The notes below the pieces were generated by a model, which did not search any database, was not told the origin of the DNA, and saw only the letters and a program-made list of their open reading frames with translations. A stretch of DNA of 63,220 bases, filler included, from Phoronis australis (Eukaryota > Animalia > Phoronida), in the NCBI GenBank assembly GCA_002633005.1. It is 10 parts of 10 records of this genome, joined end to end, with 100 filler letters (N's around TTAATTAATTAA, not from the genome) between each part and the next. Parts side by side here need not be neighbours in the genome. Positions count along the whole stretch, not along the records: positions 22,547 to 27,193 come from NMRA01002527.1; positions 27,294 to 37,659 come from NMRA01001757.1; 8 more parts are not named here. One strand, given 5' to 3'. This document shows positions 22,547-37,187 of this stretch, in pieces. Made by a program: the position numbers and the translations under genes. Every line of letters starts with the position of its first letter. Position 1 is the first letter of the stretch.

Positions 22547-25500
22547 TTGGATAACATCTGTATCACTTTCATCAACTTCAGCTTTAGTACTACTGTTGGT
22601 GCCTTGAAACGTTGCTATGCCGTTCTATGTCCTTTCAATTTCTTGGTCTGACACTTGGTCTTCTAGTCTACAGCACTCAGCAGTATACTTTGTAGGCTAT
22701 ACCAGGACATGCAGGTGTTTTCTGCACAAACGTTTGTGACACCTCTTCTTCTTTTTGATCTACTGATCTACAGAGTTCCATAGTCCATCAGAGTTCGTCA
22801 GGAAGATTTCCTAAGCTTCTTTAGGCTCTGGCATCACAATTTTGTGCTGTTTGATAAACCTTGAATTATACAGGCATCACACTCCATGGGAGCAGCCATA
22901 TTGAAGTAACTAAGCACAACAATACAATCTGGCTCGCTGATTGGTTAATTCAATAGAAAAGCGCCCCCAAGTGGCAGGAATGTGCATAATATTTTGTGCA
23001 ACAAAAACACCTTTTTTAAAAAAATGTGCAAGTGTAGACGTGGGAACTTTTTGGAATTTGATTGATAAGTATATTATCTAGCCAAAAGTACTCTCAAGGA
23101 TGAACGCTATGAGATCTGGCCCACCGACTATAAGCACGATGGAACATGGCTCGTGCGGCAATTACTTTTCCNAAAAATGTGCAAGTGTAGACGTGGGAAC
23201 TTTTTGGAATTTGATTTATAGGTATATTATCTAGCCACATAGAAAAAAATAGGTTGCCCCCCAAAGTACTCACAAGGATGAACGCTATGAGATCTGACCC
23301 ACGGACTAAATAACTTTATGAAACTGGGCCCTGATTACTTTCATCATCTGTCTCGTCTGTATCATTTTGCTGTTGCATGTTTCTATACTCCACGATTGGT
23401 TGTTTTGCCGTTGTCCTCTATTTTTGTCCAAAAGTATCTTTCTCAACGTCTAATTGCACGAGCTAGACGCGCATAGTATTACGCAACCTTCAGTTGCATA
23501 ATTATTATGTAGAGGATTGGGACTTTGAAATCATAGTGAAAGGGCAAGAAATTAGATGCCTGCCGTTTTAACAAACTAATGACCGTTCAACAGGCGTTGT
23601 TCTTAACTAATTATCGACATACGCTTTTGCCGAGCTTCAAATGTATTATGATGATACAGTGGCGAACCTAGGATAACATAACGGAGTGCCCCGGCGTGGT
23701 CTCGGGGGGAATTGGGCAAACCGCGGTTGTACGCCCGCAGGCGGTCCGAAAGTTGTGGGGGGCCACGGATGTGGGCCTTTTATTCGGAAAATCTATGGGT
23801 GGACTAAAAAAAACGGGAACACGATTCCCTCCGAGGCCCCCGCCCCCCTGGTCCTCTACAGGTCTTGCTTGCTGAAACCTCACGCTTCACGCTGCTGTTG
23901 TATCGGTTTGCTTCCGGCAGCCAAGCCCCCCCCCAAATCCGCCTATGTGATACGTCTAATAGTTAAAGAGAGAACAACGAGGGTAAATAAACTTTTGATT
24001 ACAAATTATCGAAAGAGGTAATATGTCCTTTATTTATTCGTATCATCGCCTGTTTGTGCTGAAAGTCGCAACACTCCCGATCTCGATTACGCAGTAAAAG
24101 AACCACAACTGTTGATTAAGTCATAAGATTAAAGACGTGGGCGTGCCAACGAACTTTTCTTTAGGAATTGTGACACATTACGGCGGCCGCCACATAATAA
24201 AATATTTTTTCTTCTCTTCAAAATGACACTACTGGGCCTCCGTAACGCATTACTAATGAATCCATTGTCAAAAATACCACGCGGCGTTAACCAGCATAAA
24301 ACCTGTTTGAAAATCTCAACAAGGTCGCTGTGTACGAATCATCCTGATACGGCAAGTTGTGTGACATCGACCGTCACTGGGACGGTGAATATTTTGCCGG
24401 TCGGAAAATTGAATTTCTTGAATTGTTCTAGTANGCAATGTTATATATTTTGTCCGTTTTTTACCTATTCAGAATTTGCTGGTCCGAATTTCCCCGACAC
24501 TCCGTCCGACTTTCCCCACCTGCGTCCGAATTTCCCCGATTTTGACCATTGTTATTATTCTTAAAATCTGAAGGCATTGGAAGTGAACTAGTAACAAAGA
24601 ATCTCATTGGTTGGTTTCTCAAATGATTTGCGGAGATCCCATTTCTAGTCTAATGTTATTAGCTGATCCACAAACCTTCTGTAGTAGGTAAGCAAGTAGA
24701 GCTAGGAAGTTTTGTCCGAATTTACCCGAACTTCATGGACATGAGAGGTGTTATTTCGAGGTCCTGTAGGGTCGCAGCGAGAGTGGTCACGCCTAATTCC
24801 GACACAACCGACAAAGATAACCGTATGACGTAAACAGTGGTCGTATTATTTTTCATTTTTGCCACATACGAGGATCGGTGTTTGGTGTTTAGAATGTTAA
24901 TCCTAACGTATTTGAAACGGTTACAAACAACCGTAACCAAAGTTGGTTTTGTGATGGAAAGTGGTTCCATAACTGTTTTGAGTGAGCACATGGTAAACAT
25001 ATAATCTGTCTTATTTCTAATGATAGTCGCGACCCGTGACGGTAGCGTCCAGCGACTGCCCGAGTACAACTTTCACCAGTGGTGGTGGTGGGCAGTGAAC
25101 GACGGTACAAGCAATGGTCATATCGGAAGTATTGTGAGTATCGAAGACATTCTTTAGGTCACGTGATGTGATCAAAATATGGCGGATTGAACGGGATATA
25201 CTATTTGCAGCATTCTTCTTGTCGTTAGCTTATTTATTATTGACCCAAATACATGTAGTACCATTGCTGAGGTGTGCCATGTGAGGCGCCAGACAATCGT
25301 ACATAGATGGCAATTATGATGCTCCTGGAGGCAGGCGATGGGAGCGTCGCCAGTAAAAATCAAGTTAGAACAACTTTTCATTAACGATATTTTAGACAAA
25401 NCTTGTCGTTAGCTTATTTATTATTGACCCAAATACATGTAGTACCATTGCTGAGGTGTGCCATGTGAGGCGCCAGATAATCGTACATAGATGGCAATTA

Positions 25501-25889
25501 TGATGCTCCTGGAGGCAGGCGACGGGAGCGTCGCCAGTAAAAATCAAGTTAGAACAACTTTTCATTAACGATATTTTAGACAAAAGTCGTAAACTAATGA
25601 TTTGCCAGTCTTTTGATGCGGCAGGTGGGTTTTGTCCTCCATGCACCAAATTTTTGGTTTAAAAAATTCTTCTAAGCGTTTTTTAAAACAACAAGTTTCA
25701 TTTCTTTAACTTAGTTTACTAACCGAAGTTTTCAAAACAAATTTGGAACACATGTTTTATCCAACTGAATTTTGAAATAAAATGAAAATTGGTGCTTTAT
25801 TCCCAGCTGACCGGTGATGAATGGTGGAAGAAAACACTAAAAATTTGTTTTTAAATGTTTAGCATTGGTTTAAAATTGAATTGGTTTTG

Positions 25890-26065
25890 AAGTCCAATTA
25901 TCACAGACTTTTAAGCACTCATAACGTTTACGTAAAATTGTTGTGATTCATAGATTACCAAATATGTACATTTTGTGGAAAAAAAACAGAAGACACCATC
26001 CATCTGTACTGGTTGTATGAAGTTGTACTTCCATTTTGGTCTTCTCAATTCCAATGGTTAATTCT
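25890..26065 (+). mobile_element. Degenerate L1/Tx1-clade LINE fragment (zf-RVT region)
   Basis: YHRLLSTHN...ICTFCGKKTEDTIHLYWLYEVVLPFW matches the HRIL.TN...C.FC...ET..HLFW.C..V..FW pattern; internal stop present. Confidence 0.6.
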
Positions 26066-27193
26066 GAAATTTATCCAATAATTTCCCATGTCAACATTGT
26101 TACCCTTGGCTAGTTTGCAAACTCACAAGTACTGGATTTATTATTTATGTTTGTTAAAAATAATTTACATCGCCGGAGATTAAACCTTGTGTGGAACACT
26201 TGAAATCAGATTATTTGAGCATTGCATAACTGAAAATAACTGGGTTCTGTGGGTGGTGCTGAGCGCCTGGCCACTAAAGATCTCATCGCCCTCTGGCAAC
26301 ATTTCAATATTGGTCGGTTATTTTGAAAGTCAGCTATTTCAAAGGGCAATCACGCTATTGACTTTAACTAGACTGTATATACTGCGGTCTCTCTCCACCT
26401 TGGCCATTTATTGCTAGCGAAAGCAGGAAAGGGCTAGGAACACCTACAGTGCAGATCATAGATTGACAGAAAAAAAATCAGGGAAATGTACTCACAGGAA
26501 CAAGATTATTTGTAGACCACACGATCATTTGGAATTTCGTGAACGCCAAGGAATATCCACTGGCAGTACATGTCGACCAACCAAATAACTATCAAATCCA
26601 TTGAACGCACGTATGTGACTGCACAAGTGACTTACACGCTCGTGATCATAAGTTCGTCAAGAAAACTCGTGTAATCTTTTTAAAACGTGAAACAAAGCTG
26701 CAGTGACCACAACACTGATTGTTTGATTCTGAGAATATATTTTTATTCGTGGTCGGTTCTCTTATGTAATAGCTTTCAGTGCACTTCAAAGCAACTGCAG
26801 CATCAAGCTATTAACATCGGGATGAAGCTTAGTTTGTGCAAATGAGGGTAGTATCTACTTGTATGACGCGCCCTAAATGCGTAACATCGTATAACGTCCG
26901 GCTAAAGGACGACGTTTTCTAACGACATTTTATTGACGCAATGTTCTGGGTACCCAAGCTACGGTGCTTTACGTTTCCTTCGGCCTGGTATAGCCAAAGA
27001 GGGGAGAGGAGGTAAACTTTTTGCCTGGGGATGGGTCAACTGCGGGTGGAATGGTGTAAAATCTTATTGGCTTCGATTTTTGGAAGCTGGTGACGGGGAC
27101 GAAACTGAAGTCTGTCAATGGAGGGGGTGGAGTGTTCTGGTCATGTCTCTGTTTCGCTCCCGCCCCTCACCAAACGTCCAACGGATGTCCAGG

Positions 27194-27293
27194 NNNNNNN
27201 NNNNNNNNNNNNNNNNNNNNNNNNNNNNNNNNNNNNNTTAATTAATTAANNNNNNNNNNNNNNNNNNNNNNNNNNNNNNNNNNNNNNNNNNNN
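27194..27293. other. Artificial contig linker
   Basis: 44 N + TTAATTAATTAA + 44 N. Confidence 0.97.
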
Positions 27294-27456
27294 ATCCTAA
27301 ACCCCCCCTGGTGAAAACGTAGATCCGCCACTGACTGGTGATTGATTTAATACGAACTACTACGTTTTCTTAACGAACGTATAACGAAATGCTACCTATA
27401 TAACGCCATCTGTTGATCATAACCGTATATATCAATATGTAAAGTTTAATTTTAAG

Positions 27457-30400
27457 GTTAACAGCGCAACCAGTTGGATAGACGGTAGCTTTATATACGG
27501 GAGTAGCGAAGTTTGGGCGAGTGTTCTTCGATCCTTCGTCAATGGGACGCTAGTGACATTACCGGATAACCCACAATATCCGGGCATTAACAAGCCCGGA
27601 TTACCATTTCAAAATATTCCAAATCCACTAAAAAACGAGTACCAGGATACAGATAAACTCTACAGTAAGTACAAATACTGTTCCGCATCTTTCAATCCCT
27701 AGTGTTCAGAATACAACTGTAACTTTAAGTATAAAAGAACGCCTTTAGCAGAAGTGTCTATGAGTGCAACATATTGTCTTCATCCTACTAACACATCGAA
27801 AATTGGTATGTATCTGATTCTGTCGGTGAATAATTTTTTACTTAGATCACGTTGCTGTTACAAAATTAGCTACATCTCGTTCTTTTCTCAGAATGGTTGT
27901 AATTTCTGGGCCTTGGCCTTCAAAAGACGTGATAGTTCGTCGATACAAGACGCCATGCTCTGCACATTTTGATTCAACGCAGTCAAGTCAACGCATTGAG
28001 CCTGATCTTAAGAAATAACAAATTTTCACTTTTCCCATGCTCACGCAATATCTGGCAAATCATTTCCAACCTTAGTTACGAACATAGCGGTGAGTGGTCC
28101 GAGTCAAGAGAACTATTTTTTTCAGAAGCCGTGAGTGATCCGAGTCAAAAGAACTATTTTTCAGAAGCCACGATTGGTCCGAGTCGAAAGAACTTTTTTC
28201 AGAATGGGGCTTGCACCAGATTTCATATTCATTCTACTTTTGTTCTAGTGTTTGGTGACGTGCACGCTCATCAAAACCCCGCAATATTTTCTCTGGCGAC
28301 CCTGTGGTTCCGACTACACAACCACGTTGCTCTGCAGCTTAACGCCAACTTAACCGACGAAGAGCGTTTTTACACAGCACGTAAGAAAGTCATCGCTATT
28401 TATCAGGTAGGTATCGTAACAGACACATTTAGCCAGCGGTCTTCATGTTTGTCAAGTCCGTTTTTTGTCTTTGCTAAAACTATTTAGGGACAATTACGCT
28501 ATTCTGTGAAATTGTTTCATGTCAGCTCAAGTAAAAAAACAATTAAATTACGGTCAGGTTGTAGTATTGCATCGGTAAACCACTCAAGGTAGCTGGTGAT
28601 GGTGGGTAGAAATATTAACATACCTTAATTCCAAATAACTCATGTCCGATAAATGCAAAAACGTCTCGACCAGGCACGCATTCAACGACAAACTATGACA
28701 TCACGGCGATCAGTGCAAAAACTATGTAAAACGTGTCTTAATAATTTCGCGTTTACTTTTAAGCCAATTTTGTTAACAAACTGCAATGTACTTAATAGTG
28801 TTTTGTAATCTGTTTTAAGTCATATCAGACATATTATTTCCCGGATATTGAAAGCTTGCAAAAGACCTTCTTCTCCTTTTAAAAAAACCCGGAGACTGTT
28901 CTCTTTTCCTGTGCACTATTGGTGTCTTCTTTAACTTGTACGCACAGGTAGTTATTTCATATACCGAGCCTTATCTGTATGTCCGCCAAAATCTACCACT
29001 TTTAATGCCCCAGAGCTGAAGTTAATGGAAAAACTGTGTGAATAAGTTGTGCTCTTAAATAAACATATGGAATGTTTTAGAGTTTCTACGACTGAGTGAA
29101 AGTAACCCTGGACTTTGTTGCTTATTTCCAGAATATCATTATAAACGAATGGCTACCAGTAGTCATAAATGAAAAACTGCCGCCGTACGAAAAGTATGTG
29201 AACAACATTCAGCCAGATATATCGACGACCTTCGAAACTGCGGCTATGAAGTTTTGGAAAACATTAGTGCCCCCTGCAATATACGTCAGGTGAGAACCAA
29301 TCAGACACGCGATACGTTCCAATGGCGTCACGTCAGAAGGCACATCTGATATGATGTCTGATCCGCGATCTGAAAAAATCATATGAGCGTCAATGCTCGT
29401 CAGACGTCTGATTGCGACCATAATCAGACAGCTGGTTTGCCCTCCGATCACGAGAAGGTCTGCCTGTCCGTTGTGATCGCCCGTGATTTGCCAGTGCCCC
29501 GTTGCATGAAACACGCACAATAGGGAATCGGCTTCCTTCCTACATTTTCTGCGCATTGTGATGTTTGCAAAAATACTGATTGTGCCGTTTCTGTTATTTT
29601 ATCTGCGTTGCAACTTTTGGTTTTTGAGACGCAAGGATACTTAACTTTACGTGGAATTTATAATACTATTGATAATAAACAATAGACCTTTTCATGCAAT
29701 GACCCAAATTTAAGGACCCAGTGAAATCAAGGGCCGGTTTTTAGATACAGATGAAGTCACAAGTAAAAGAGCTCCCAATAAAGATAAAGCGATGGAAAAT
29801 ATTACTGAATAAAAAAGTCTAAAGATACGCTGAAAATTTAGAGAACTTAACCGAGTTCCTATTGGAACTGTTCCTATGCAACCGGACACAAACGTCCTGT
29901 TTGCCTTATTATGAAAGTCCTCGTGTGAACGCGGTAAAAGTTAGCTGAGGCGATACATTTATAAGATGCATGGGCGTCATTGTGTTGTAGGGGTAATCTT
30001 GACGACAACTATGGTATATCATGTCATTTTTTGTTTTTACCCATCTAGAATTACTCAGAACATGGGAAGATATAAATTTCGTGTTATCAGGGGTCTAGGA
30101 GACTACTTGAGCGCATGAATTTTTTCAAGTGGGCTATAGGTGCACTCGAGCTCCTTTGTACATGTAAGCATCGTGCTTCTGATTTTGAAAACCAAATATT
30201 TTCAGAAATCCTATGACCTGTGACGAAGTCAACAAGACCCTGCGACTATGTAACTCGTACGGAATTTCTCAGGTAATGATGCACGAAAAGGTATATCGTT
30301 TAAAGAGACATGGCCTTTTTTAAGGACGAAGAACGCCATTTTTGGGATGGACCTCTTAAAGTTATTAACTCTGACCAGACTTGTAAAAACAACCACATTC

Positions 30401-33400
30401 ATCGTTTTTTGCGATTTTATTTCAAATTGTCAGTTTCCGCCCTTCGCTGTTAGACACTTACTTAAATTAAGGCCGGTTAAAATCGTCCACGTAAAATACT
30501 CTATATGAAATGAAGGTTGACTGCTGAGAAAAGACCTACATCTCGTCGGACAATAATAGCTTCAATGAGGAAAGAAGGACCGCGAGAGAAGAACTTTGGC
30601 AGCCCTGACTTAGATGGGGGTATAATACAAATCACTTCAGTCTATTTTACATCTAGCAATGAGTACAATGTGAGAGAAGACTGCAATACATCACGTCGAA
30701 TTCGGTTTCCGCTCAGCCGTCATGGCGGGGTATTCCGGGTTATTTTGTTTGGACACTCCTGGCTTGTACTGTACATCCAAACCATGTGCTTGCGCGACTA
30801 GCAAGTAGGAAAAAGTGACGTTCATGTTTACGGTTTCAGATTTTATTCAAAGAGAAAAAAATTGAAGTGGAACAAGTCTTAGCAGGACTAGCGTCACAGA
30901 AAGCTGAAAAGGAAGACACGTGCATTGTTGAGGATTTTCGAGGTAATTCCGTAGTATTTTAAATTGCATTAAATTTTACTTGTTTTTGCAACCTAGTGAC
31001 CGTTTGACAATGTTTGTCAGAAGGAAAAAGCTCCTAATTTGACACTGGCGCCAACCAACACTTGGAGATTTATCCTACTGTAGTAACAGTTCAACCGTTT
31101 CTGACTCTCGGCAAATTGGGTGCTGGACGTGTGATCAAATTCTAACAGATCACTGTAAATTAAAGCACGACATGAAAACAAAGATGTGCGCGCGCATAAC
31201 CCAATCTGACTGCTGCCATGCTGATACCGAGGCGCAGACATATGATAGTGGCCCACCTTCTGCATATTAAGAAACAAGCATGTAGACGATACATTTGCAT
31301 GTCTACAAGATATATCACATGGCGAACTGGTAGGAAGGTCCACCCACATTCTTAACAGGAACTGGACGACTTAAAGGCGTGTTTAACGTAGTTTTCTTCA
31401 TTAGAACAAAGGTGTTGCTTATTTGCCAGAACACAACCGATATCTGGAGCATGAGAAGAAACTTTTTCCAGAAACCTTGGATTGTTCTTCAAATAAGGAG
31501 ATTCCCATGAATCTCGTCTCTCAACTGGCATTCGCAATATGGTACGTTTATCACTTTTCACTTATCGTGCAGATAGCTACTTCGGACCGCTACACGATTC
31601 TCGCGTTGACGCAATCGCGTTTACACTGATGAGTGGAAGAGATTTTGGTCTCGCAGACTACCAGACTGTAAGAACTACTTGGTGTGGCGAAGAACAGCCA
31701 GTCTTCAATGTGACGGAATCACATCCAAACGTAAGGATCAATTCCCTAAATTGGTTCAGAAACCAATGATAGGTGTATCAGTTATGTCTACGAGGCGCCT
31801 AGTAGGCCCTCGGAATTTTAAGCCTTAAATACAAGTAATGTTGAAAACATGTAAAATGTGTTGCCTAGGAACCAAATTATATCTGGGATTTGACAAGATA
31901 GATGGACAAATTTACGTAAAAGATGTAGGGCCGGTACATACATACATACACACATACATACATATGAACTAATTTTGTTTTGCGAAAAACGTGCAGTGGG
32001 AGCAAATTCCCAAACCGTCCTACGATAACGACGCATTTATACGTTGACGAATAGTGGCTAGGGAAAATACAACAAAGGTAGATATTTTAAAAACTGAACA
32101 ACAGGACGCTTAAGGTCACCTCGAATCTGCAACTGTACAATCCGTAAACCAAGAGAGTGAATACCCAGCTTAGCTTTAATCTGTACGCTTAACTAACCAA
32201 GATCGAAAACATTTATTCCATTGACTTTCGTTATTTTACTTTGGAGAATCTGATACTGTTGGATGAGGTTGAGAATATCGCATGTTCTTCATTGTTTCAG
32301 CTGGTTGGTGCATTTGATGTCCTTTACCCTAACATGTCGAGTGTCGATGTTTTCACGGGTGGAATGATGGAGACGCGTAACGGACACTTCTGCAAGTTGT
32401 TCACCGATGTGTTGAAGGAGCAGTTTATCAGGCTCAGGAACGCGGATAGGTTTTGGTTTGAGAATAAGCAAAATGGGTGAGATGTCGTCTGCTTCAATAT
32501 GTTTTGCTTCAGAAAATATAGAGTTAACTGTTTTCATACCTGAGACAAACGTGTCTTTCTTCTAATCCAATTCATAAACATTAAAATTAGGCAAGTTTAG
32601 ATGCATTCACCAAAAAGCCAATAGTGTATCCTTCTTTTGTCCGCAGATTATTCACAGATTCAGAAATAGCTGAAATAAAGACATATACCCTGAGTAAAGT
32701 GATGTCAGACGTAATGGGCATAAGAAAAATCAGCAGCAACGTGTTTTATCACACACCTGGTAAGCATAAACACCTCGAGGCTTTATTTTATCCGTCATCA
32801 ATACCTCTATCTCCTATCCTTCAGGTTTTGACACAAGTATGCAGAAGCGTACAGACATGGAGTCTTTCATACACAGAGAACTGGACGTTTCTATTTAAGT
32901 TCCTATTTTAGTTAGAACAATCTTAAGAGTTTGTATGGTTCTTTATAATGTGCTACATAAAAACTACACACAATGTGCGAGGAACAATCATCGTCATGTT
33001 CAGTTGTTGCACAAACCACCATAAATTTGCATCATTGTAATTTTAGGCGACCCGTGTACCGCCAAAACCTTCTCAGTAGACGAACTCAACAAGCATGTCG
33101 AGTTACGCTGTACATCACGTCGGAACTACGACTACTTCGTCACCAGCGAGTTCTCCTACATCGCATCTATCGTCGCTCTTATCATATTTCCATTCGGTGA
33201 GAAATCAAGGATTTCGAAGGTCCTTTTAACTCAAAATTTCCGCCTGTTTTGTTTAATCTGTTGACTTATGCCAGTTCGAGTCAACTTTTGATCTCAGCTG
33301 ACACAGTAAATTTCATAAGTCAGCTCATTCTTTAAGAATGTGAGCGTCCAGTGCATTCATTGATGTTAGATACGAGAAATTTTGACTTTTACGACGGAAA

Positions 33401-34016
33401 TTGTGTGTTATGTGGGCAGTTAGGTACTATTGTCTCCATAATCCAATATTCCGTCATAACCGTCCCATCAGTGGCGGCAGTGTGCACTTTCAAGGTTGCG
33501 AACGTGCTTGTAGACGAAACCGGAATCGCTCCGTAAACGCAACACACTAGCGACGCACTAGCAGTGAGGAATCCAATGGAAACCGAGAATTAATAATCAA
33601 GAACCCAGCCTCGCCAATAAATCATTAGAAAGTGTACGCCAGTAAAGTTCCGAGCGTACTCACGAAACATTTGACTCTTCTCACGCGCATGATTTGGTGT
33701 GATCTTGCGTCATCGCGCTTCGTCGCGAGTGTATTGCGTCTCCGGAACGCAACCCTAGACGGCATCTTGCGTTACATTAGGGTGACGCAGATCTTGTGAC
33801 ATCCCGCCAATTTAAAAAGAAATCACCAGCCTTGGTAGCTAATTAGTCATTTGAATATCTTCGTCCTTAAAGTGCGAGCCCAATGTATTTCAGTTTGCAT
33901 ACTTGTTGCCTATATAACCAACAAAATCAACAAACAAGCATTGTCAAAGTCCAAGCGGAAATACGACCAAGAAAAACTTAGGCAAATGGTGAATGAAAAG
34001 GCAAAGAAATCGATTG
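27457..34016 (+). CDS. Duox: Dual oxidase-like protein, partial (peroxidase-homology domain to first TM helix), 10 exons
   Basis: GT-AG exons 27457-27664, 28249-28406, 29132-29289, 30206-30272, 30840-30942, 31573-31730, 32301-32476, 32647-32759, 33047-33196, 33894-34016 join in frame: TSWIDGSFIYGSS..LRSF, LWFRLHN, ARKKVIAIYQNIIINEWLP, LVPPAIYVR, LRLCNSY, LASQKAEKED, GRDFGL, EQFIRLRNADRFWFEN..GLFT, GDPC, YDYF + hydrophobic TM. Both ends lie outside the contig. Confidence 0.9.
28090..28204 (+). repeat. Three ~40-bp tandem repeats in a Duox intron
   Basis: Unit ~GTGAGTGGTCCGAGTCAAGAGAACTATTTTTTCAGAAGCC. Confidence 0.75.
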
Positions 34017-36727
34017 GTAAGTGAAGATTTTCTGTTGATCATGATGAACTTTTGACTCATTCAAAATTCTACAAACAACTTTTCTGTCAACCTTTCTGTC
34101 AACAGGCTTATTTCAATTCATGTTGTCACTTGTTACAAAACTGGTCGCATCTAGTTTCTTACACAGATTAGTAGCACTTTCTGAGCTTGAGATCATGTTC
34201 TGCCCATGTTCTGCTGAATTTTTCATATTTGCGGTTCCCGAGTCATTTGCGTCCGCGTCTGAATCTATGTCAGCTTATTCGTATACACAAGGGCGTAGGT
34301 CATCAAGAAGTTACGAGAGGACTGTGTTGAAGCTAGAACCTCAGCAGAAGCAATACTATTCAAGACAATTTTTGCCAACGTACTCAAGCGTTATGCAGGA
34401 ACATATACATATGTATACATGTACATTGTACTGATGTTACTTGGCGAAATTTTGCCAAGTAAATTGCTCTGGCATGGAGGTATTTTGTGCGCAATTCTTG
34501 TTTCATCGACATGAAATTAGAGCGCAACACGTAACTGGAAGGAGCTAGAGGTCTGATGTTCTTGGTTGGACTAAAGTTAGGGCTGTAACGGCTATTGTTT
34601 TATTGTTTGATCTGCCGTGTCAAAGCTCTGGCGTCCTTTGAAGGATCATTCTGGAACTTGGTATTTGAATCGATCATGTTAAGAGCTACCAGTGTGGTAT
34701 TTGTTTCTCGTTACGACTCGAGTTATTCGAGATTTTCTGATTACCTTCGTAAGACGCTATAACGTCAGTCATTCAGGCTTGTAGTAGACGTCTTAGGATT
34801 TGAGAACAATACGAGTTCTTCTAAGACCTTTCCAATCATTCTCACGACAAACACCTCATTTTTCATTCGATTGTCAGGAAACTTGCACACAATATTTGTC
34901 TTGTTTGCATCTCAAAATGTGTTGCATTTTAGTTAGACTGGACGCCAAATGGCACTGTGAGGTATGGGCATTTTTCAAAATATCTCTTTATAGTGTCATG
35001 GTGTGTTGTTGACGGTGTTGTCAGTTACACTGGTGGCGCTCTCGGATCGTCAACGTTGCTCTTGTCAATAGTCGCACAGGCTTCACATTATCGTAGGCGT
35101 AGTCGTCTTTGCCGATATTGTCTGCGGTGTGAACACTGCCGTTGGCAAGGGCATTGTTGTCGGCCTTGTTGGCGGTGCCATTGCTTTCGAGATCGTTGTC
35201 GTTGTCGCTCTTGGTCTCATGTGCATCGTTGTCATCACCATTGTTGTATTTGTGTCGTTACCTTTGTCGTCCTTGCGTGCCAAGTTTCGTTCTTCAAAGC
35301 CTTTTCTTTCATTTTGCACCGAAATGGAACAAGAGTTGCAATTCATGATTCACCGATCATTTTTGAAGCATGCATGAATTGTAGTTATTAGCTTGGACAT
35401 TGCGTGTCTGCTTTTCGCTTCTGTACGCTGTAGTAGTGGATGCCAAATGCATCTTTTAAACATACATTGACCTATTTACGGATAGACGAAGGCTCTGCAT
35501 ACGCTGGCAAGGGCAGAAGTTTACGGAAAATTTTACGTTACTCCTCCTTGGTTTGTGTCTCCTTAGTTCGGATTTCCATTGGCGGTTCAGCTTACCGGGG
35601 CTTGAATATTGTAAAGCTCAGTATTTAAGCGACAATTTTCATCATTTTGACGTAGAGCCTCGATCCTTCTCAGTTCGTTATACGCTGTTGTTTGTCTTCA
35701 CCTGTAATAAGTCTATTTGAAACTAGATATTACAAAAAAACTTGGAAATCATCTCGAAGACGGCCGCCGGGGCCTACCAACTTAGCGAAAACTGAAAGAT
35801 TCTTTGCGGTGTAGGATTTGATGAAACAATCTAGCAAATTGCGGCTTCGAATTTAGCCGGCTAGCCTCACTTGTCATATGCGACTTCAAATTCTACTTGT
35901 TCATTTCACAAGATACGATTTTAAGCTCCCAGTTTTTCACCATTTTCTATTTTGCAACAAATAGATTCATTGAAAATTTTGAATTTCCTCATGACATTTA
36001 GGCACCAAAATATAACTGTTTACGCTCTGATTGTGACATGCTTTCAGAAGGATCTGTGTGCGATCAGATATAGACAATAGATAAATGAATAGAGAAAATG
36101 TAATGTATTGTTGGTAGCCAGTCATAGCTTCAGTTATCATTGATGACGGCATACAAAAATGAATTAGATACCCTTATTTGGAATGAGCTCGTGACTAGAT
36201 TTTAACTCAGTTTAGTACTATCCATGAAAAGGTCACATGAAGTCGTGACATATTGTAATAATTTGTTTCATAGTGGTACGGAGAGCCCATTTTTGTCTGA
36301 TGGTACTTCTGCATAATCACCGTTGATTAGATATAGTTCTATTGCAATGAAGTTATGAATAATTTTGGTGGTTGGAGGTGGCTGTATATCATAGTAATAT
36401 AGAAATGGCGTAATTAGACTGACAGATCGTGTAATATTCTGTTTCGAGTAGGGATTACAACTATTTTACAAACATGATTTTACATAAGTGTCATAACGTT
36501 ATGCTTTATATATTTATGTTATGTAGATGCCGGTAGTAAGTATTGCTTTCCCTATCCCNGCTTATTGCTTCTACTCCCGTATATGTATGTTGTACATGTT
36601 AGTCCTCTAGTGGGGCATCAGTTGTCCTACCATGTTTGTCACAACGCAAATTTAAGGTTATGTTGTCTCGTCTGCATAAGTATTCAAGTACTCGCTTCCT
36701 GATACCTTGTCGGCTACTGTAACATGA

Positions 36728-37187
36728 GATGCGTTTCGTAGACGCAAGGCCATCGCGAAACATCAAAATGATCGTGAACGTCTTCACGAGTTATTGCCAT
36801 GCATTGCAAGTGAAGCACATGATCACACTGGCTTTGTTCGAGGGTGCTTTGCGTCTTTGGAACGCACCACCGATAACATGCATGTTCAATGACACCGCCG
36901 ACAATTTTGGGAACGAGTAGAGTCTAACATGTTTGAATAAAATAGTTCTTGTAATGAATGACAGTCATTTGCTGGTACAGAATACGAAAACGAATGACAT
37001 AGTCGTGAAATCGGAAGGGGTGGCATGTTTTAGACTTAACTGAGGCACCGTTCCCTAGATGCGAGAACTTCATGAAAATGCAAGATCACGCAAAACTTCG
37101 CGAGATATCGCCATGCATTGCAAGCAAAGCACGTGACTACACCGCCTAGCTTTACTTGCGAGATTCTTGCGTCTACGGAACACAGCT
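36728..37187. mobile_element. Two ~140-bp MITEs with TGCGTTCCGTAGACGCAAG-type TIRs
   Basis: Copies ~36728-36868 and ~37043-37187 share the GCCATGCATTGCAAG core; half-copies at ~1445-1494, 33700-33757 and 55945-55995. Confidence 0.6.

Noticed and set aside
22547-22900. Minus-strand MAAPMECDACII... resembling a DNA transposon protein N-terminus
   Set aside because: Multiple stops; similarity too vague to assign a family.
28090-28204. CRISPR-like repeat array
   Set aside because: Contiguous tandem repeats without unique spacers, in a eukaryotic intron, with no cas genes.
34957-35391. Cys/Arg-rich 144-aa ORF (metallothionein/keratin-like look)
   Set aside because: Degenerate (GTY)n trinucleotide low-complexity tract that is open in several frames; no splice support.
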